A DNA stretch of 62,667 bases, the filler included, from Globobulimina sp. (taxonomy: Eukaryota), in NCBI GenBank assembly GCA_003354225.1. It is 33 parts of 33 records of this genome, joined end to end, with 100 filler letters (N's around TTAATTAATTAA, not from the genome) between each part and the next. Parts side by side here need not be neighbours in the genome. Positions count along the whole stretch, not along the records: positions 58,968 to 60,767 come from PIVH01011798.1; positions 60,868 to 62,667 come from PIVH01011799.1; 31 more parts are not named here. The stretch is one strand, 5' to 3'. A program made the position numbers and the translations under genes. Positions 58,992-62,667 of the stretch are shown piece by piece (position 1 is the stretch's first letter; every line of letters starts with the position of its first letter). The notes below the pieces were generated by a model that did no database searches, was not told the DNA's origin, and was given only the letters and a program-made list of their open reading frames with translations.

Positions 58992-60286
58992 TCATTCCTG
59001 AATGAGAGCCTTGCGGATCTCGATAGTTTTCCTCCTTTCCCTCTCATTAAAACTTGGATATTCCTCCACCGAAATCTCGTCCTCAGACACAATATCCTCC
59101 CTTGATACGTCCCGTTCCAATTGCAATTCCTGCTCATCATCCAATTCTGCAATATCACGCTCCTCGTCATCCGGATCCATTACATCCACACTGCTCCTAT
59201 GATAATTTTGGTTGACTGCCACCAAACTTGCTTTTTCATGGTCAAACTCGGCAAACTCCGGCGGCACAGTTGGCGAATTCGAGTCAGATTTCGCGATTTC
59301 AATCTCGATGATCCCATTGATTTTCGTCCCTTTTTTCGCAAACGATCGTCTCTTCGCTTTCATACCTTTATTTTTCTTCTGCTGATTCTTTAACAGCGAC
59401 AATGATTTGGATTTTTTGCAATTGGCCGTGTTTAATAACTTAATCAACGGCGGATTTTCTAATTTTTGCGTGCGTCGTCGTGACGGCAATGGAGAGAATT
59501 GGGCATCGCTGCGATCATAGGATTTTACGTTATGTTTTCTATGATTGTTGCTATCATCAATCCGCACATCCAAACTTCGCGACAAATTCCGGCGTAATTC
59601 CAACGACGTATTTTCATTATATTTGGTATCATTGGAGAAGCGGACCCGCGACGATCTTTTTTTTTGTTTCTGTTTCTGTTTCGCTTTCCTTTTAGTATTC
59701 TTTTTCTTGGTTGGCGACAACAACAACAATTGCTTGCTCATAGGCAGCGGAGGCGGCGCATTGCCGTTATTATTATAGGCAGCCACAGAGGACACAGCTA
59801 CCGATGGCGGACATACATTAAATGGGTATTCTCGACTGTCGTTATAGCCCCTTCGCATAGACACAGGTCGCGATATATTGAACAATGGATTGCGTAAACT
59901 GTTGTTGTTATTATTCTTCTCCTCCAAAGCGGCATTTATCTTATTCAACGCACCGATTTTATCAGCAACCACACTGCGCATATTCACGTCCGTCTGCGTC
60001 TGCCGTACAGGCGGTGATAACGGATATGACATGAAAGTGTTTTCAGAGTCTTCGGACAAATTATGTCGATGTTGCACGGGTAAGGGGGCGGTGGGGATGT
60101 TAAATAACTGCGATTTGCGTGGCTGTATACTGATGGAATTATGGTTGTGTATACCGGATAATCTCCGTGGTGTGGGATGGGCGGAGGTTGTTAGTGAACT
60201 GCAGGAATGTGGGGTTTTGCCCGGCGTCCATAATTTTTTACCGACTCTATGGCCGACTGCTTTATTGTTGTTAGTGGTGGTGATAC
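58992..60286 (-). CDS. Low-complexity Ser/Lys/Arg-rich protein exon
   Basis: Frame open from a probable acceptor near 60286 to the stop at 58992; no domain recognised. Confidence 0.55.
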
Positions 60287-60510
60287 CTTATGAAGTTGTG
60301 GTATATTGAATTATTATTTATTTTTAATACATTAAACACAGGAAGCAACAGCAAAATAACCAAGAGAGTAAAATCGTGGTCGATCGCGAGAAACGATCAC
60401 AATCGAATGGGCATAAAAACCGCAACAATAATAACAAACATATCCGTTCATCAACCTTTGGCTCACATGATTATATCATGTGCAACACCCCACAGAATAT
60501 CAACTGCAAA

Positions 60511-60767
60511 ATGATAAGCATCACTGGCAAAAACATCAAACTATTTTATAGATTCGGCAGTAAATCGTATCCGCCCATCATGGCCAAAACCACCAACACT
60601 ATCTATCAATTACGCTCCATGATCGCCTGTGCCTTACAAAACATCGATACACATAAACTGCAACTTGCACATCGCGGACATGTCTTAAACAATATGGATC
60701 TGACCCTATCACAGTGCGACATCGCCCAATACGACACCATCATCGCTAAAATAGACAGTACGCGCAC
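60511..60767 (+). CDS. Ubiquitin-like domain protein, 3'-partial
   Basis: IKLFYR...TNTIYQLRSMI...KLQLAHRGHVLNNMDLTLSQCDIAQYDTI fits the Ubl pattern. Confidence 0.7.
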
Positions 60768-61458
60768 NNNNNNNNNNNNNNNNNNNNNNNNNNNNNNNNN
60801 NNNNNNNNNNNTTAATTAATTAANNNNNNNNNNNNNNNNNNNNNNNNNNNNNNNNNNNNNNNNNNNNGCAAATTATTATAACTACATATATGATGATATT
60901 GCATATACTGACAGTTATTTGCGTGCCTTTATCCATGTATACATTCACATTTAATTAAAGTTTTTTATTTCAATAGCATTTGGAAGCAAATATGGATATA
61001 ATAGACACCAATACAGTGATTCTGTCAGTCCTATCACAATGAACGATGGAAGTTTATACACAACAGCATTGATATTCAACTCAATGTTATTGGTTTTAGC
61101 TCTAATTATTGGCTGTATCATGTGTGTTATATGTATTGTAGTTGGATATTTTCTAACCAAACGTTTAAATTTGGGTTACAGTCAACAAGAAAATAAATAT
61201 GAACCTATCAATGCACATAGAAATATTGAATTAAACCAATAAATTGTAATAAACAAAATTATTTTCTGTAACCATTATCCTTGCACAAAAATATCGATCA
61301 TCAGGTCATCATCCTTGCACATTGCACATATTAATAATAGAATATGTTAAAAAAAAAATACTACAAAGCACAACTCAGACAATTGTACCAAAACAAATAT
61401 CGATACAACTAAAGTTTTTTTGTGTTGGTGTGGTGAATTAATATAAATTATATTTTTT

Positions 61459-62332
61459 TTATTCCTGTTCCAAAAGTAATTCATCCTCTTGCTTTGACAA
61501 TAATTGATCCACCAAACCTTGAAATTCATTTAAATCAATTAATTGATCCGCGCCAGAAATGGCATCAAAAGAGCCAAATGATTTAAATATAGCCCTGGTT
61601 TTTTTATCTAAACGCGCTAAAAATTTCCTATACTCTCTGTCATTCATTCCTTCTTCATCGTCTTTAAGGGCAGCATCATAATACGCCGATAATATACCCG
61701 CGCGGGTATTGGCTAAAATGGTTTTTTTCATTGAATCGTACATATCCGTCACATCATTGATTAACTCATTTAATTCCTGGTTATCGCCGCATATCTCAGT
61801 CAATGACTGCTTTAATTCGTCATATTGAGATAAGGTCGATTTTAAATTATCAACATCGCGATTCAACGATTCCGTGGTTGCCTGCAATTTCTTCACCTCA
61901 CTGCCTAACTGTTCTTTGGTTTCACGCAATTCATCGATCTCCATCTCATATCTGTTATTCTCTTTTTTAAAAAGTTCAATCTGCTCTTCCACGGTGCCCC
62001 ATTTATAAACACCCTATTTTTTATAATAAATATTTATATAATTATATGTTACTGTATACTTTTATATACTTAACGAGAGCAGCAATTATACTGAATACAA
62101 TGGTACTCGCTAATACCAACATAAATGTAATCCAACCGTCAGCATTATCTATCTTCATGATAGAAAGTATTGTGCAGACAACTGCAAATAAACCAAATAA
62201 TAAAAATAATGGCGAGATTAATTTCGTGAATTTAGCCAATTGAGCCATTTCGGCATCCACTACGATATCCTCATCATCATCATCATTATATTTACTTTCA
62301 TGTCTTCCTGCGGAGGGATTTGTAGTTTCCAT
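61459..62332 (-). CDS. Two-TM, coiled-coil, EF-hand-like protein; intron 62014..62074
   Basis: Exons join as IIAAL|GVYKWGTVEEQ; heptad region; DDEEGMNDREY and GADQLIDLNEF resemble EF-hand loops. Confidence 0.75.
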
Positions 62333-62667
62333 GTTGAAGGGGGGCAACGACGGAAAAGATAAAAATGATAACAAATACTCAAAAACAAAAAGTTGGACAA
62401 TGACTGAAATTCAGCAAATCATGTTGTCATTTGTTTACACCAGCACGAGTAGTTGGATCATTAGCAGATTCCAACTATCAAATTCCGAATACATTATTTG
62501 GCACTGTTATACGGAATTATTTTTTATGTGGTTTGTTTTGTGTTTTCATGATGTATGGATTGCAATGGTTGATAAATCGGCTACAATGGTTGATAAATCA
62601 TATAAATTTATATGGTTAACTTGCTGCAAAGAAGTAGCATTATGCGAGAGACCACCAACCTCTATTT

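Noticed and set aside
1804-60867. Regularly spaced TTAATTAATTAA as a biological repeat or array
   Set aside because: Always centred in N44 blocks; it is an assembly linker with stops in six frames.

Overview
This window is not one locus. It is 33 unrelated contigs of 1800-1803 bp, sorted by decreasing length and joined by identical artificial 100-nt spacers (N44-TTAATTAATTAA-N44, stops in all six frames), so adjacency across spacers has no biological meaning. Most contigs are AT-rich eukaryotic genomic DNA using the standard code, with short GT-AG introns (mostly about 47-75 nt). The gene mix (7TM, RGS, G-alpha-like, ART-like and Cys-rich surface proteins) is consistent with a protist such as a foraminiferan; this is inference, and the assembly may be a mixed or amplified sample. 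Recognisable genes: an S1 sulfatase, CEP120-like, SDA1, class II HDAC, EXS/XPR1-family, DH-PH RhoGEF, PDZ-C2, zinc-ribbon/WWE/SAM, SPRY, Sel1-repeat, CAP, LMBR1-family, RGS and a degenerate G-alpha. Mobile or foreign DNA: two DIRS/Crypton-type tyrosine recombinases, LINE RT and RNase H fragments, a Copia-type gag, several MITE/foldback elements and a bacterial chimeric patch. The best leads are (1) a chuvirus/herpes-gB-like class III fusion glycoprotein, (2) an intron that looks like a transposon insertion whose 7-bp direct repeats supply both splice sites, (3) a terminally redundant 1735-bp non-coding unit, and (4) a tandem triplet of small intronless paralogues with a shared upstream motif. 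All family calls come from motif recognition by eye; no database searches were run.
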